Notes under the pieces: model-generated | What the model saw: only the letters and a program-made list of their open reading frames with translations | What the model was told of the DNA's origin: nothing | Databases searched by the model: none | Part shown: positions 1 to 9,361 of the stretch, one piece after another | Numbering within the stretch: position 1 is the stretch's first letter | How the letters are laid out: each line of letters starts with the position of its first letter | Virus record (IMG/VR): IMGVR_UViG_3300002307_000018 | Location: 128,001 to 192,000 of that record | DNA length: 64,000 bases | Source: a virus | Taxonomy: Duplodnaviria; Caudoviricetes | Strand: one strand, 5' to 3' | Position numbers and translations under genes: made by a program

Positions 1-2
1 TC

Positions 3-254
3 AAACGTGCCACCATTGATGACGTTAAGCAATGGTACGCAACAGGAATGGGCACATGCCCGCCTGACCATGGAGTTGTAGATGTCGATATGGTAGATAT
101 CACTATGCCACAAGATCGTCTTATAGACTTATATAGGTCGCAGGAGAACTATCTATATCGTCGTGAGCGTGAAGAACACCGACTACGTGAAGAGTACCCA
201 GCACTGAAAAGTGCTTGGGAACAATATCAAATTGTATTAGCAATGGTGAAATAA
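3..254 (+). CDS. Hypothetical phage protein, 5'-truncated by window edge
   Basis: Frame of ORF 48..254 stays open back to base 3; TAATG overlap with next gene. Confidence 0.6.
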   Translation, partial: KRATIDDVKQWYATGMGTCPPDHGVVDVDMVDITMPQDRLIDLYRSQENYLYRREREEHRLREEYPALKSAWEQYQIVLAMVK

Positions 255-1024
255 TGAAGTCTTTAAAATCAATAAACACTGTAACTCCTCCTATACTTTC
301 GTGGCCATTTTTGACCTCTGCCGAGTTGGTTGAGGTCCACTTACCGCCGTGGGCCAACCCGCTGGCTAAAAACGTCAAAGAATCAGAATCAACGGTTGAT
401 TTGTTGGCAGTCAGTGCATTCTTGTATAGAACACATAAGGATGATCCTGATAACATCAACAGATTTTCCGATCTATTTCTAGCAGCAATGGCCAACACTA
501 TCACGCAAGAAGATCACGATATGGCAGAGGACATTGCTCAGCACTTTGGCAAGCAAGTGGTCATGGCACAACTGCGTGGTGAAGTTAGTGATTTTCAACG
601 AGCAGTGGGAGTATTTCTTAGCGGCAAACGATTAAGACTTGAGGAAACTAGTGCCGGATTAGTATACAGATTGCCTGAGTACTATGATGTGGATATGAAG
701 ATTCTTGCATTGCGTGAGAAACACTTTGCTGAACACGAGCACGTTGAAGTCATTGATGATTTTTATACTCGCAAACTAATTCCACTAGACTGTATTCGAC
801 ATCACACACGTAATTTCAAAGAAACCAGATATTGGTTTAAAGATGTACAGACTGGTAATCCTGTTGCTTTAAAAATCGATACTAACAACCAACTCAAATA
901 TATTTGGGACAGTATTTTCAACAGTCACAAAGATTCTGTACTAGAGGTAACGGGAATGTTTCAAACACGCAAGATATCGGGAACACAGTATATGTGCTCT
1001 CACAAATGGAAACTGGAAATTTAA
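254..1024 (+). CDS. Hypothetical phage protein
   Basis: Long ORF; likely ATG at 254 overlapping upstream TAA. Confidence 0.7.
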   Translation: MKSLKSINTVTPPILSWPFLTSAELVEVHLPPWANPLAKNVKESESTVDLLAVSAFLYRTHKDDPDNINRFSDLFLAAMANTITQEDHDMAEDIAQHFGKQVVMAQLRGEVSDFQRAVGVFLSGKRLRLEETSAGLVYRLPEYYDVDMKILALREKHFAEHEHVEVIDDFYTRKLIPLDCIRHHTRNFKETRYWFKDVQTGNPVALKIDTNNQLKYIWDSIFNSHKDSVLEVTGMFQTRKISGTQYMCSHKWKLEI

Positions 1025-1026
1025 TC

Positions 1027-1398
1027 ATGACACTACTCTACTTGTTAATCGCACTGCAACTTAAACATTTCATTATCGACTTTCCATTACAGACTAAATA
1101 TCAGTGGAGTAACAAGGGTACTTACGGACATTTAGGTGGCATCTTACATGCTTTTCTACATGGCTTAGGTACCACTGGTGTACTGTGTTATTTTACCGGC
1201 AGTTTAGAAATGGCAGTATTGTTAGGGTTTCTTGATATGGTGATTCACTATCACATTGATTGGGCTAAGATGCGACTGAATGCTAAGATGGGTTGGGGCC
1301 CAACAACACATCCTGAATTTTGGGTTCTGTTAGGCTTAGATCAGTTGTTGCATCAATTGACCTATATTGGAATTGTGTTTGTGTTAATGATCGACTAA
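1027..1398 (+). CDS. DUF3307-like integral membrane protein
   Basis: KHFIIDFPLQ, HAFLHG, HYHIDWAK and GLDQLLH motifs; hydrophobic. Confidence 0.7.
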   Translation: MTLLYLLIALQLKHFIIDFPLQTKYQWSNKGTYGHLGGILHAFLHGLGTTGVLCYFTGSLEMAVLLGFLDMVIHYHIDWAKMRLNAKMGWGPTTHPEFWVLLGLDQLLHQLTYIGIVFVLMID

Positions 1399-1676
1399 TG
1401 ACGCCAATCAAAGAGTTTGTTCATGAATATTTTGAACGTGAGGGTGGGCAAAATCTTCCCTATGGTCAGAACCCTGGTATTAAAAGCTGGAATGACATAC
1501 TAGGGTCAGGTGGATATATCAGAGTTATAATAACTCACGAACACTGGACTGAAACTCGCATTATAGCACAGTGGTGTCGTGAGAAGTTTGGAGCAGATCA
1601 CTACTACTGGACAGGTGGAGCATTTTGGTTTGACTCAGAAGAACACGCAGCAATGTTTATGTTAAGGTGGAAATAA
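1398..1676 (+). CDS. Small 'LRW-tail' family protein (array A, member 1)
   Basis: QWCREKFG and C-terminal AAMFMLRWK; TAATG coupling. Confidence 0.75.
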   Translation: MTPIKEFVHEYFEREGGQNLPYGQNPGIKSWNDILGSGGYIRVIITHEHWTETRIIAQWCREKFGADHYYWTGGAFWFDSEEHAAMFMLRWK

Positions 1677-1930
1677 TGGGTTACGATCCAGAAAAGCATT
1701 ACACAATGATGAAACATCACATTGTAGTGGCAAAGCAGAAAAACGTCAAACATTTTCTCGTAGATCAAAACACGATCACAGTAATTAGATTTTACGGCGG
1801 CGCTCATGCAGAAATGGAAGCATGGTTAGTAGATCATGGTGCAGTGCCCGATGAGGACTCGTATTCTTATTTTCGTGAATACACTGTTACCGAGGATCAG
1901 CAAGTACTATTTTTATTGAGATGGGGATGA
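1676..1930 (+). CDS. Small 'LRW-tail' family protein (array A, member 2)
   Basis: C-terminal QVLFLLRWG; TAATG and ATGA overlaps. Confidence 0.7.
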   Translation: MGYDPEKHYTMMKHHIVVAKQKNVKHFLVDQNTITVIRFYGGAHAEMEAWLVDHGAVPDEDSYSYFREYTVTEDQQVLFLLRWG

Positions 1931-2124
1931 ATACACTACCAATTACACACAAAGGAGTTGCTCGTGCTTTAGCGTGGCTAGAGCGTGAGTTGTTTTTATG
2001 CACCATCGATGAACTTGAAGTGGAGTTTGAACGAATGTTCTCCTGCAAATTCAGCGAAGATCGTCAATCTGTTGTCTTTGATGATGACAAGTGCTGTTGG
2101 TGGTTCATGTCTAAATGGAAGTAA
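1927..2124 (+). CDS. Small 'LRW-tail' family protein (array A, member 3, divergent)
   Basis: C-terminal FDDDKCCWWFMSKWK. Confidence 0.6.
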   Translation: MNTLPITHKGVARALAWLERELFLCTIDELEVEFERMFSCKFSEDRQSVVFDDDKCCWWFMSKWK

Positions 2125-2125
2125 A

Positions 2126-2341
2126 ATGAGTTATAAAGACTTTGCAACCGAAATGTCTAGACTGTTGTTATTTGAACTCGTTGATCAAGCTACGATAGAT
2201 TATCTTGACGAAGAGTTTAGAAGTAGATATCCCGGCAACTATCAAATGGAATGGACAACGAATGGTATCAATAACATAAGCTGTAGCATAGCGTTCGATA
2301 CACCGGAAGATGAAACTATGTTTTTACTAAGATACCTATGA
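2126..2341 (+). CDS. Small 'LRW-tail' family protein (array A, member 4)
   Basis: C-terminal FDTPEDETMFLLRYL. Confidence 0.65.
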   Translation: MSYKDFATEMSRLLLFELVDQATIDYLDEEFRSRYPGNYQMEWTTNGINNISCSIAFDTPEDETMFLLRYL

Positions 2342-2628
2342 AAACTAACGCAGATCAAAAAGCGTACGCTGAATGGTATGGCAATACACAGGCTAGAATC
2401 AATACAATAGTTGGCGGCAGTTACAGTAGTCACTGGAACGCAATCAAACAAGCTCGTCAAGACTGGCTAGACACTATATCAGATCCACATACAGGTGATC
2501 CCACATTTCCCGTGTGGTTACAAGACAAGTATGGCATCAAGTTGATTCAACTGGATAGCGGACTGAGTACTGATTTTGATGTAGTAGACGAAAGCAAGTA
2601 CATTATGTTTCTTTTAAAGTATAAATGA
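2338..2628 (+). CDS. Small 'LRW-tail' family protein (array A, member 5)
   Basis: WLQDKYG and C-terminal YIMFLLKYK; ATGA coupling. Confidence 0.65.
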   Translation: MKTNADQKAYAEWYGNTQARINTIVGGSYSSHWNAIKQARQDWLDTISDPHTGDPTFPVWLQDKYGIKLIQLDSGLSTDFDVVDESKYIMFLLKYK

Positions 2629-2924
2629 GCGAAGAACAAAACAGAATACATCGTGCTTTACACAACTTCACTGTTCATAAAAACTATGAACATGAAATAG
2701 AATTTCCCGCTCCAAACAGACTAAGCTACAATCACGCTTACGCATGGGCACTAGAGAAGTTTGGCAAACCCGGCGACACTTGGGACTTTTACATTCTCAA
2801 GCGATATGTGGCTCCAACATTAACCAATCGCTATAATGTTCACAGACAGCTAGAATTGTGGGTAGATGTATTTGGATTTGAACGATCAGAAGATGCCACC
2901 ATGTTCATTCTAAGATGGTGCTAA
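2625..2924 (+). CDS. Small 'LRW-tail' family protein (array A, member 6)
   Basis: WALEKFG and C-terminal FERSEDATMFILRWC. Confidence 0.75.
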   Translation: MSEEQNRIHRALHNFTVHKNYEHEIEFPAPNRLSYNHAYAWALEKFGKPGDTWDFYILKRYVAPTLTNRYNVHRQLELWVDVFGFERSEDATMFILRWC

Positions 2925-2946
2925 GCAATTTTTAGAAAAATAGTTG

Positions 2947-2975
2947 TTGACAGTAAATCAACAATATGCTATAAT
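2947..2975 (+). promoter_or_regulatory. sigma70-type early promoter
   Basis: TTGACA-17 bp-TATAAT with extended -10 TG, upstream of ORF 2999. Confidence 0.85.
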
Positions 2976-2998
2976 AACACATTGAATGGAACACTAAC

Positions 2999-3658
2999 AT
3001 GAAAATATACATCAACAAGTACAGAAGTCATTGGCTATCTCCGTACAAGATTTTGGAGAAAGTGTTCTTTTGGCGTAAAATCGACTATGACGAGCCAGTG
3101 ATCGAACGCTGGAGTGATCGTCTACAACCCGTGTGCGAAGGACTGCGCCGTGTGCTAGACGTAGTTCACCCAAAAATCGACTATGTAAAAGTTGATCGTT
3201 GGGATACTTGGTCTATGGACAATACGCTTTCAATGATCGCACTGCCTATGCTGATTCAACTTAAAGCATCCAAGCATGGTGCACCGTGGACTGATGACGA
3301 AGACGTGCCAGAAGAATTACGCAGCACCACCGCCCCGCCGAAAGCGGATGAACATGACACTGATGGCAATCATTTTAAGCGTTGGGACTGGATCATGGAT
3401 GAAATGATTCACGCACACAGTTGCAAAGTCGATGATTCATGGGAAGAGCAATACTGGACTGGCGAATGGGGCAAAACCATTTGGACAGAATCAGAAGAAG
3501 AATATCTTAATCCCTTGACTGGGGTGATGGAAAAAGTATACTCAATGGACAACGATGGAAATCGTGAGTGCGATTGGGAGGGACTGAAACTGGCTCAAGC
3601 ACGTATTGACAACGGTTTCAGATTATTCGGAAAATATTATCAAAATTTGTGGGACTAA
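2999..3658 (+). CDS. Conserved hypothetical phage protein
   Basis: 219-aa ORF directly behind a consensus promoter. Confidence 0.7.
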   Translation: MKIYINKYRSHWLSPYKILEKVFFWRKIDYDEPVIERWSDRLQPVCEGLRRVLDVVHPKIDYVKVDRWDTWSMDNTLSMIALPMLIQLKASKHGAPWTDDEDVPEELRSTTAPPKADEHDTDGNHFKRWDWIMDEMIHAHSCKVDDSWEEQYWTGEWGKTIWTESEEEYLNPLTGVMEKVYSMDNDGNRECDWEGLKLAQARIDNGFRLFGKYYQNLWD

Positions 3659-3659
3659 T

Positions 3660-3992
3660 ATGAGTTCAATATACAGATCAGACCTATGGGTCATTGTAGA
3701 GTTTAAAGAAAATGGTAGCGATGAAGTTACTCGCAAAGTATTGGCCAGTTGGTACGGCGGATACGGGGGTAGTGATCGCTGGAAACTGAGTTCGGGTGTC
3801 ACCAACATTGTTGAACACGAACATCACTATGAGATTCACAACCACAGTGGCAGTATCTATGAGTGCGGTAAGCATACATATGGCATGAGCGGATACACCA
3901 GCAGTGTGTACGAATCGTTTGTCAAAGACCTTGAAGGTCGTGGTACAATCACAGTAATCGATAAGGATAAAGTAAATGAAAGTTGTAATTAA
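3660..3992 (+). CDS. Hypothetical phage protein
   Basis: ORF in closely packed operon; ATG 1 nt after upstream stop. Confidence 0.65.
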   Translation: MSSIYRSDLWVIVEFKENGSDEVTRKVLASWYGGYGGSDRWKLSSGVTNIVEHEHHYEIHNHSGSIYECGKHTYGMSGYTSSVYESFVKDLEGRGTITVIDKDKVNESCN

Positions 3993-4398
3993 CAGTTGTT
4001 TTGGTGGGTTCGGACTGTCACGTATGGCAGTCGAACGCTACTTAGAGTTAAAGGGCGTTACCGGCTATCTTGAGAAAGACAAGTATGGCATGGACAAATT
4101 CTGGCTAGTTCCGCCGGGACCAGAGCGTGTCATGGAAATGACCAACGAACAGTGGTGGGAAATCACTGATGAAGAACGCATGGCGCATAACCGTCGTTGG
4201 GAATCTCAGGTGTTTTATGATCGTGATCTTGAACGCAATGATCCACTCTTAGTTCAAGTAGTCGAAGAACTGGGACAAGCGGCAAGCGGTCAATTTGCAG
4301 CATTGGAAATCGTAGAGGTTCCCGATGGTGTAGAGTGGCAAATCGAAGAGTACGATGGCAGCGAACACGTGGCGGAAAAACACAGAACGTGGGGTTAA
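3976..4398 (+). CDS. Conserved hypothetical phage protein (CFGGFGLS / EYDGxE type)
   Basis: Motifs I recall from many phage early proteins; operon context. Confidence 0.65.
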   Translation: MKVVINSCFGGFGLSRMAVERYLELKGVTGYLEKDKYGMDKFWLVPPGPERVMEMTNEQWWEITDEERMAHNRRWESQVFYDRDLERNDPLLVQVVEELGQAASGQFAALEIVEVPDGVEWQIEEYDGSEHVAEKHRTWG

Positions 4399-4399
4399 C

Positions 4400-4816
4400 A
4401 TGAGAGAAGAACTAGACAACGCACTGTGTCAAAAGTATCCCAAGATTTTTGTCAATCGTGGTGCAGACATGAAAGAATCGTGTATGTACTGGGGATTCAG
4501 TTGCGGTGATGGCTGGTATGATCTACTTGACAGGCTTTGCGAAAGTATTCAAAGCTATATCGACAACAACAGTACAGAAAAAAACCCAATTCCGCAATTG
4601 GTAGCAGAACAAGTCAAAGAAAAGTTTGGCACACTCAGGTTTTATACCAGCGGCGGTGACAGACTGATCGACGGTATGATTTGGTTTGCTGAATCAATGA
4701 GTGGCAGCACTTGCGAAGAGTGCGGAAACAAGGGTAAACGTAGTAACACAGGGTGGATTCGCACACTGTGTACAGAACATACAAAGGAAGATAATGAAGG
4801 TAGCACTATGCAGTGA
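4400..4816 (+). CDS. Conserved hypothetical phage protein (GDGW / KEKFGTLRFY type)
   Basis: Motifs plus C-terminal CxxC...CxxH. Confidence 0.65.
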   Translation: MREELDNALCQKYPKIFVNRGADMKESCMYWGFSCGDGWYDLLDRLCESIQSYIDNNSTEKNPIPQLVAEQVKEKFGTLRFYTSGGDRLIDGMIWFAESMSGSTCEECGNKGKRSNTGWIRTLCTEHTKEDNEGSTMQ

Positions 4817-5642
4817 TCTCCATTTGGAATTTGGTGATATCACTTTGACAAATACAGACACCGCTGATGTACTGGTGTTGGCTGGAGACATTTTAGTTGC
4901 ACAAGACTTGCATGACTTTGCAGAAGATGAGATAAACCCACTTTGGGGTAACATTATCCCTACTCGTGCAGAAAAGGCACAGCAATATCGTGCTTTCTTG
5001 CGTCGTTGCAGCGAACAGTTCCCGCACGTGTTGTTTGTGGCGGGAAACCATGAGTACTACAACGGTAAGTGGGATCAAACATTGATCACACTGCGCGAAG
5101 AATGCGCTAAGTTTCCCAATGTTCATTTCATGGAGAATGAAAAGTTCGTACTTGACGATGTAACATTCGTTGGTGGAACACTGTGGACTGATATGAACAA
5201 GGGTGACCCACTGACACAGCAAGTTGTTATGGACAAAATGAATGACTATCGTATCATTCGTGTTGAGTCACGTAATTACGGGCGTTTGCAGCCTACTGAC
5301 ACAATCAAGCGTCATATTGCTACGCTTGATTACATTCGCAAGACAGTTGACAGTGACCCAACACAAAAATACTTTGTGATCGGTCATCAGGCACCCTCTA
5401 AACTGAGCACCAAGCCTCGCTACGAGAAAGATGTTCACATGAATGGTGCGTACAGCTCAGACTTAAGCGAGTTCATGCTGGATCGTCCACAAATCAAAGT
5501 GTGGGTTCATGGCCATACTCATCATGAGTTTGACTATATGATTGGATCCACTCGTGTGGTTGCCAATCCACGTGGGTATGTTGGTTACGAGCGCCAGTCA
5601 CAAGAGGATGATCCGTACTTCCCACAGATCATCGAAGTCTAA
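4794..5642 (+). CDS. Calcineurin-like metallophosphoesterase
   Basis: SDLH, AGD, GNHE, GH and HGHTH metal-binding motifs. Confidence 0.85.
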   Translation: MKVALCSDLHLEFGDITLTNTDTADVLVLAGDILVAQDLHDFAEDEINPLWGNIIPTRAEKAQQYRAFLRRCSEQFPHVLFVAGNHEYYNGKWDQTLITLREECAKFPNVHFMENEKFVLDDVTFVGGTLWTDMNKGDPLTQQVVMDKMNDYRIIRVESRNYGRLQPTDTIKRHIATLDYIRKTVDSDPTQKYFVIGHQAPSKLSTKPRYEKDVHMNGAYSSDLSEFMLDRPQIKVWVHGHTHHEFDYMIGSTRVVANPRGYVGYERQSQEDDPYFPQIIEV

Positions 5643-5644
5643 AG

Positions 5645-5681
5645 AAAATGGACACATATCTTAGCGTATGTGTCCATTTTT
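5645..5681 (+). terminator. Rho-independent terminator
   Basis: AAAATGGACACATA / TATGTGTCCATTTT inverted repeat plus T run. Confidence 0.8.
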
Positions 5682-5683
5682 CA

Positions 5684-5712
5684 TTGACGACAACTAAGAA
5701 TTATGTTATAAT
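5684..5712 (+). promoter_or_regulatory. sigma70-type promoter
   Basis: TTGACG-17-TATAAT. Confidence 0.75.
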
Positions 5713-5768
5713 AACTACACACGACGACAGAAATATGTCTAGTGACTTAAACTTAAAAAGGAAATAAA

Positions 5769-6026
5769 ATGAACGTAACTACTAAACAAGGTCGTTTGAC
5801 CGAAGCCCTCTTGAACGGTGAGCAACTTACAGCAGCACAAATCGCCTCACGTTTTGCAATCAAGAACCCAACAGCAACTATCAGCGATATTCGTTTCTCA
5901 GGTATCCCAGTTTATGCTAACACTGTAAAGTCAGGCAAAACTGTATATCGTACAGGTAAAGCGTCACGTGCTGTAGTAGCAGCAGGCTATCGTGCGTTAG
6001 CTATGGGCTTGTTTACACAAGAGTAA
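5769..6026 (+). CDS. Putative winged-HTH DNA-binding protein
   Basis: LTAAQIASRFAIKNPTATISDIR helix pattern; AAGGA RBS. Confidence 0.5.
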   Translation: MNVTTKQGRLTEALLNGEQLTAAQIASRFAIKNPTATISDIRFSGIPVYANTVKSGKTVYRTGKASRAVVAAGYRALAMGLFTQE

Positions 6027-6132
6027 TTAGTATTCCGAGAATTCCACTCGTTGATCGGACCCCGCATCTAGCGCGACAATAGTTTGAGAGCACTATGTCC
6101 CAAAGCTCTCCCAAATTTTAAATAGACACTAT

Positions 6133-6411
6133 ATGAAAGAACACACAAGAGAAGCACTACTTATTCTACAAGAAGAATGCAGTGAAGTTACACAAGCCAC
6201 TTCAAAGTGCTTTAGGTTCGGCATAGACGGTCTATATCAAGATTGTTCTAACCGTGATCGATTGGAACAAGAACTGGGCGATGTATTAGCAATGATTGAT
6301 ATCTTAGTCAGTCAAGGGCTTGTTTCTAGCGATGCACTACAAGCAGCCAAGCAACGAAAATTCAAAAAGCTTCAGCAATGGAGTACAATCCCACGTGAGC
6401 ATATGGAGTAA
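6133..6411 (+). CDS. MazG-like nucleotide pyrophosphohydrolase
   Basis: EECSEV...ELGDV acidic motifs. Confidence 0.7.
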   Translation: MKEHTREALLILQEECSEVTQATSKCFRFGIDGLYQDCSNRDRLEQELGDVLAMIDILVSQGLVSSDALQAAKQRKFKKLQQWSTIPREHME

Positions 6412-6413
6412 TC

Positions 6414-6731
6414 ATGGAAGTCGTAATCGCTATAGTGTTAGTAGTAGCAGTATTCGCTGGTGGTTTCTACTTGGGATATGTTCGTTGTAGTCGGGACATG
6501 ATCAATGAACTTACCGAGTTAGTAATGGACAACATCATTGATCTAACCTATGAGATTGTTGACGAACAGCATTTTCTATATTATGTAGAAAACGAAGAGT
6601 TCGCAGCACAGGGTGCAACATTAGACGAGGCAGCTAAGAACTTTAGCAATCGTGACGAGAATATCGGACGCTTTATGTCTCCTCTTGGAATTCCCATGTT
6701 CATTGTCAACGGTAAGATCGAGACAGAATGA
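6414..6731 (+). CDS. Hypothetical protein with N-terminal TM helix
   Basis: Hydrophobic N-terminus; GGAG RBS. Confidence 0.6.
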   Translation: MEVVIAIVLVVAVFAGGFYLGYVRCSRDMINELTELVMDNIIDLTYEIVDEQHFLYYVENEEFAAQGATLDEAAKNFSNRDENIGRFMSPLGIPMFIVNGKIETE

Positions 6732-7066
6732 ATTCATTGAATCCATACACACAACTTTTACCATTAGAAAAAGTAGAGGCATGGGAGCAATGCTATGAGC
6801 TTATTCAATCAGACAAATTTCATGATGATGTCAAATGTCACTATCACACACCTAGTATAGAAGACGTGAATCTATATAACACCATTACTCAAGAGCAATA
6901 CGAAGAATTTCAGTACTACTGGATTCTAGATGCACTCAAGGGCTGGCGCTACGGTCAAGCATTCTGTGAGCGATTTCATATATCAAACGCAAGTCCGCTG
7001 TATTATTTTAAGACACATGAAGTAGCAGATCACTGGATTCGTACAAACTATTTGGTGAAAAAATGA
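6728..7066 (+). CDS. Hypothetical phage protein
   Basis: ATGA coupling on both sides. Confidence 0.6.
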   Translation: MNSLNPYTQLLPLEKVEAWEQCYELIQSDKFHDDVKCHYHTPSIEDVNLYNTITQEQYEEFQYYWILDALKGWRYGQAFCERFHISNASPLYYFKTHEVADHWIRTNYLVKK

Positions 7067-7476
7067 AACAAAAATTCATTGACCTTTACATGAACCTGGC
7101 CGAAAGTGTCAGTCAAATGAGTACAGCAGTCAAACTCAAAGTAGGTACAGTCATTGTCAAAGATCATACTATCACGTATGGCTACAATGGTACACCCTCG
7201 GGTTGGGACAATAACTGTGAGACAGTATTATCGGACGGGTCACTCAAAACAAAACCAGAAGTGTTGCACTCAGAGGCAAACGCTCTGATGAAGATCGCTA
7301 AGAGTACCATCAATAGCGAAGGCGCAACCCTATTCTGCACACACGCACCCTGCATTGACTGTGCTAAGATGATCCATCAAGCTGGTATCTTTAGTGTATA
7401 CTATCGGAATGAGTATAGAAGTACAGACGGTATCAACTTCTTGGAAAAAAGTGGGATCACTATTCAGAAAGCCTAA
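7063..7476 (+). CDS. cd: dCMP deaminase
   Basis: GYNGTP, HSEANA and APCIDC zinc motifs. Confidence 0.88.
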   Translation: MKQKFIDLYMNLAESVSQMSTAVKLKVGTVIVKDHTITYGYNGTPSGWDNNCETVLSDGSLKTKPEVLHSEANALMKIAKSTINSEGATLFCTHAPCIDCAKMIHQAGIFSVYYRNEYRSTDGINFLEKSGITIQKA

Positions 7477-7678
7477 GAAAGAGCCATTCAAACATAACAG
7501 CGTCATACAGCTTGCTCATGGCCAGCTTGATCCTGTGCTTGAATGGTGCAACGAACACTGCGTGGGTGAATGGGGCTGGATGGATCATACTGATTTTGAA
7601 AAATCACTTAATAATCATTGGATATTCTTATTCGATAACGATGTTGATTATACGTACTTTCTATTACGTTGGAAATAG
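7451..7678 (+). CDS. Small 'LRW-tail' family protein (orphan; start uncertain, GTG 7451)
   Basis: EWCNEHCVG...W...FDNDVDYTYFLLRWK. Confidence 0.6.
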   Translation: MGSLFRKPKKEPFKHNSVIQLAHGQLDPVLEWCNEHCVGEWGWMDHTDFEKSLNNHWIFLFDNDVDYTYFLLRWK

Positions 7679-7696
7679 GGCTTAGTGCCCTTTTTT
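7677..7696 (+). terminator. Rho-independent terminator
   Basis: AGGGC-TTAGT-GCCCT followed by T run. Confidence 0.65.
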
Positions 7697-7719
7697 GTTG
7701 GCTGTAAAATAACGGTAAA

Positions 7720-7727
7720 GATAAATA
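7720..7727 (+). promoter_or_regulatory. T4-late-like promoter motif GATAAATA
   Basis: Same motif recurs before many genes (10538, 14488, 19888, 21489; minus strand 54060..54067). Confidence 0.6.
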
Positions 7728-7734
7728 CTGTATC

Positions 7735-9360
7735 ATGAAAATCAACCACATCACCCAATCAGTCAGCGAAGCTGCAAATCCTGCTCAACAAGCGGCTATT
7801 GCAGTCAACATGAAGCGGGCGCATAAGAAACCTAAAGCGGTGTCTGAAGTCAGTAATAAGACGCTAACGAGCTATCAGAAAAAAGTAAGTGCTGATACAA
7901 TGAAAAATAACATGGACCCAACAAAGCGCAGTCCAGAAAAAAGAAATCGTAGTGTTGCGGGCGTTGCTAAGGCTCATAATCGTTTAGAAAAAAGATTGGG
8001 TGAAGGTCGTGATCAGGATGACAAGATTCTAAGACTGTTCACTAGTGGAAAATCTCCCGAGGCAATCGCAGCACAATTGAGTATTGACGTTGATACTGTC
8101 AACGATTACATCAATAACAGAATGCCGGATTCGCAAGACAATAGCCCTCGTGGTTACAGTTCTAATCGCAATGTCGGTCAGGGAATGAACGAACAATTCG
8201 ATCCGGCGACCAAGATGATGTGGATAGATCAAGTCAGTCAATTGGCGCAAGCTGTTTCACAAATGAGTCCAGAAGAGTTAGTCAAACTAAATGATGCGTT
8301 TGAGAGTTTTTATAGAGTTGCGGGCGGTGCAACTGCCGGCGCCACCGCAGTTGGTCTCGGCAATATGTTTTATTCATTGTTGAAGGATACTTTGTACGCA
8401 GCCAAGCGTAAGGCTAGAGTTGATACTGATGAAATTCTACAACTAAAGCGTCAAATCATCAGCATTCACAAAACGTTAAAGCGAGTTAAATCTGAAAAAG
8501 CTGTTGCCAAGTATCAAGCAATGCTGAAACAAGCATTTGAAGTACTGGGAGAGTTAGAGGCTCGTCAGAGCAATCGGGTGGCTGAAGGCACAGAATCAGA
8601 ACAGGAAGAACTGGCTAAAAAAATAAGAGAGTTATTGGCAGCAGGTAAAGATAGAGAAGCAAATCATCTTCGTCACAAATTAAATAATCTCCGAGATCGA
8701 AAAAGAGATAAACATAACAGACATCAAAGTGTGGCGGAAGGCTTTGGACGCGATGATGATGATTATCATCTATTAGATGTGGGACCAACTCGTTGGTATA
8801 GGTTTAAAGATGGTAGATTTTTCACGTTTAATGTTTATCCTGGTGAAGAAAAACAAGCAGAAAGAGATGGATATAGTCGTACTCAAGCTGAAGCCAGACA
8901 AAAATCTGATCAGGGCACGGACGAGCAAAGTGTGGCGGAAGACTCTGACCCATGCTGGGATAACTACAAGCAAGTAGGCATGAAGAAGAAAAATGGTCGC
9001 AAAGTTCCCAACTGTGTGCCAAAAGAAAGCTCAAACTACGGTGATCTAGACGAAGCATTCAATCTTGAAGAAGAAATCAACAAGCTAGATGAAAAGTCAG
9101 CAGCATGGCAAAAGAAGTCAGGCAAGTCTAAGTCAGGTGGACTCAATCAAAAGGGTGTAAACTCATATCGTCGTGAACATCCTGGATCAAAACTACAAAC
9201 AGCAGTGACTACCAAGCCATCAAAACTAAAACCGGGTAGCAAGCCAGCTAAACGTCGCAAGTCATTTTGCGCTCGTATGAGTGGTATGAAGGGTCCGATG
9301 AAAGACGAACACGGTAAGCCAACACGCAAGGCACTAGCACTACGTAAATGGAACTGCTAA
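7735..9360 (+). CDS. Modular basic protein, probable internal head polyprotein (C-terminal RRKSFCARM domain)
   Basis: Repeated (S/R)VAE/VSE/LDE junctions. C-terminal WQKKSGK...RKSFCARM...RKWNC domain that I recall from T4-like phages. Confidence 0.6.
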   Translation: MKINHITQSVSEAANPAQQAAIAVNMKRAHKKPKAVSEVSNKTLTSYQKKVSADTMKNNMDPTKRSPEKRNRSVAGVAKAHNRLEKRLGEGRDQDDKILRLFTSGKSPEAIAAQLSIDVDTVNDYINNRMPDSQDNSPRGYSSNRNVGQGMNEQFDPATKMMWIDQVSQLAQAVSQMSPEELVKLNDAFESFYRVAGGATAGATAVGLGNMFYSLLKDTLYAAKRKARVDTDEILQLKRQIISIHKTLKRVKSEKAVAKYQAMLKQAFEVLGELEARQSNRVAEGTESEQEELAKKIRELLAAGKDREANHLRHKLNNLRDRKRDKHNRHQSVAEGFGRDDDDYHLLDVGPTRWYRFKDGRFFTFNVYPGEEKQAERDGYSRTQAEARQKSDQGTDEQSVAEDSDPCWDNYKQVGMKKKNGRKVPNCVPKESSNYGDLDEAFNLEEEINKLDEKSAAWQKKSGKSKSGGLNQKGVNSYRREHPGSKLQTAVTTKPSKLKPGSKPAKRRKSFCARMSGMKGPMKDEHGKPTRKALALRKWNC

Positions 9361-9361
9361 C

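Noticed and set aside
6027-6132. Intergenic region with GAGAGC/GCTCTC stem as a tRNA or ncRNA
   Set aside because: No cloverleaf, no T-loop GTTCRA and no CCA. At most a weak hairpin.
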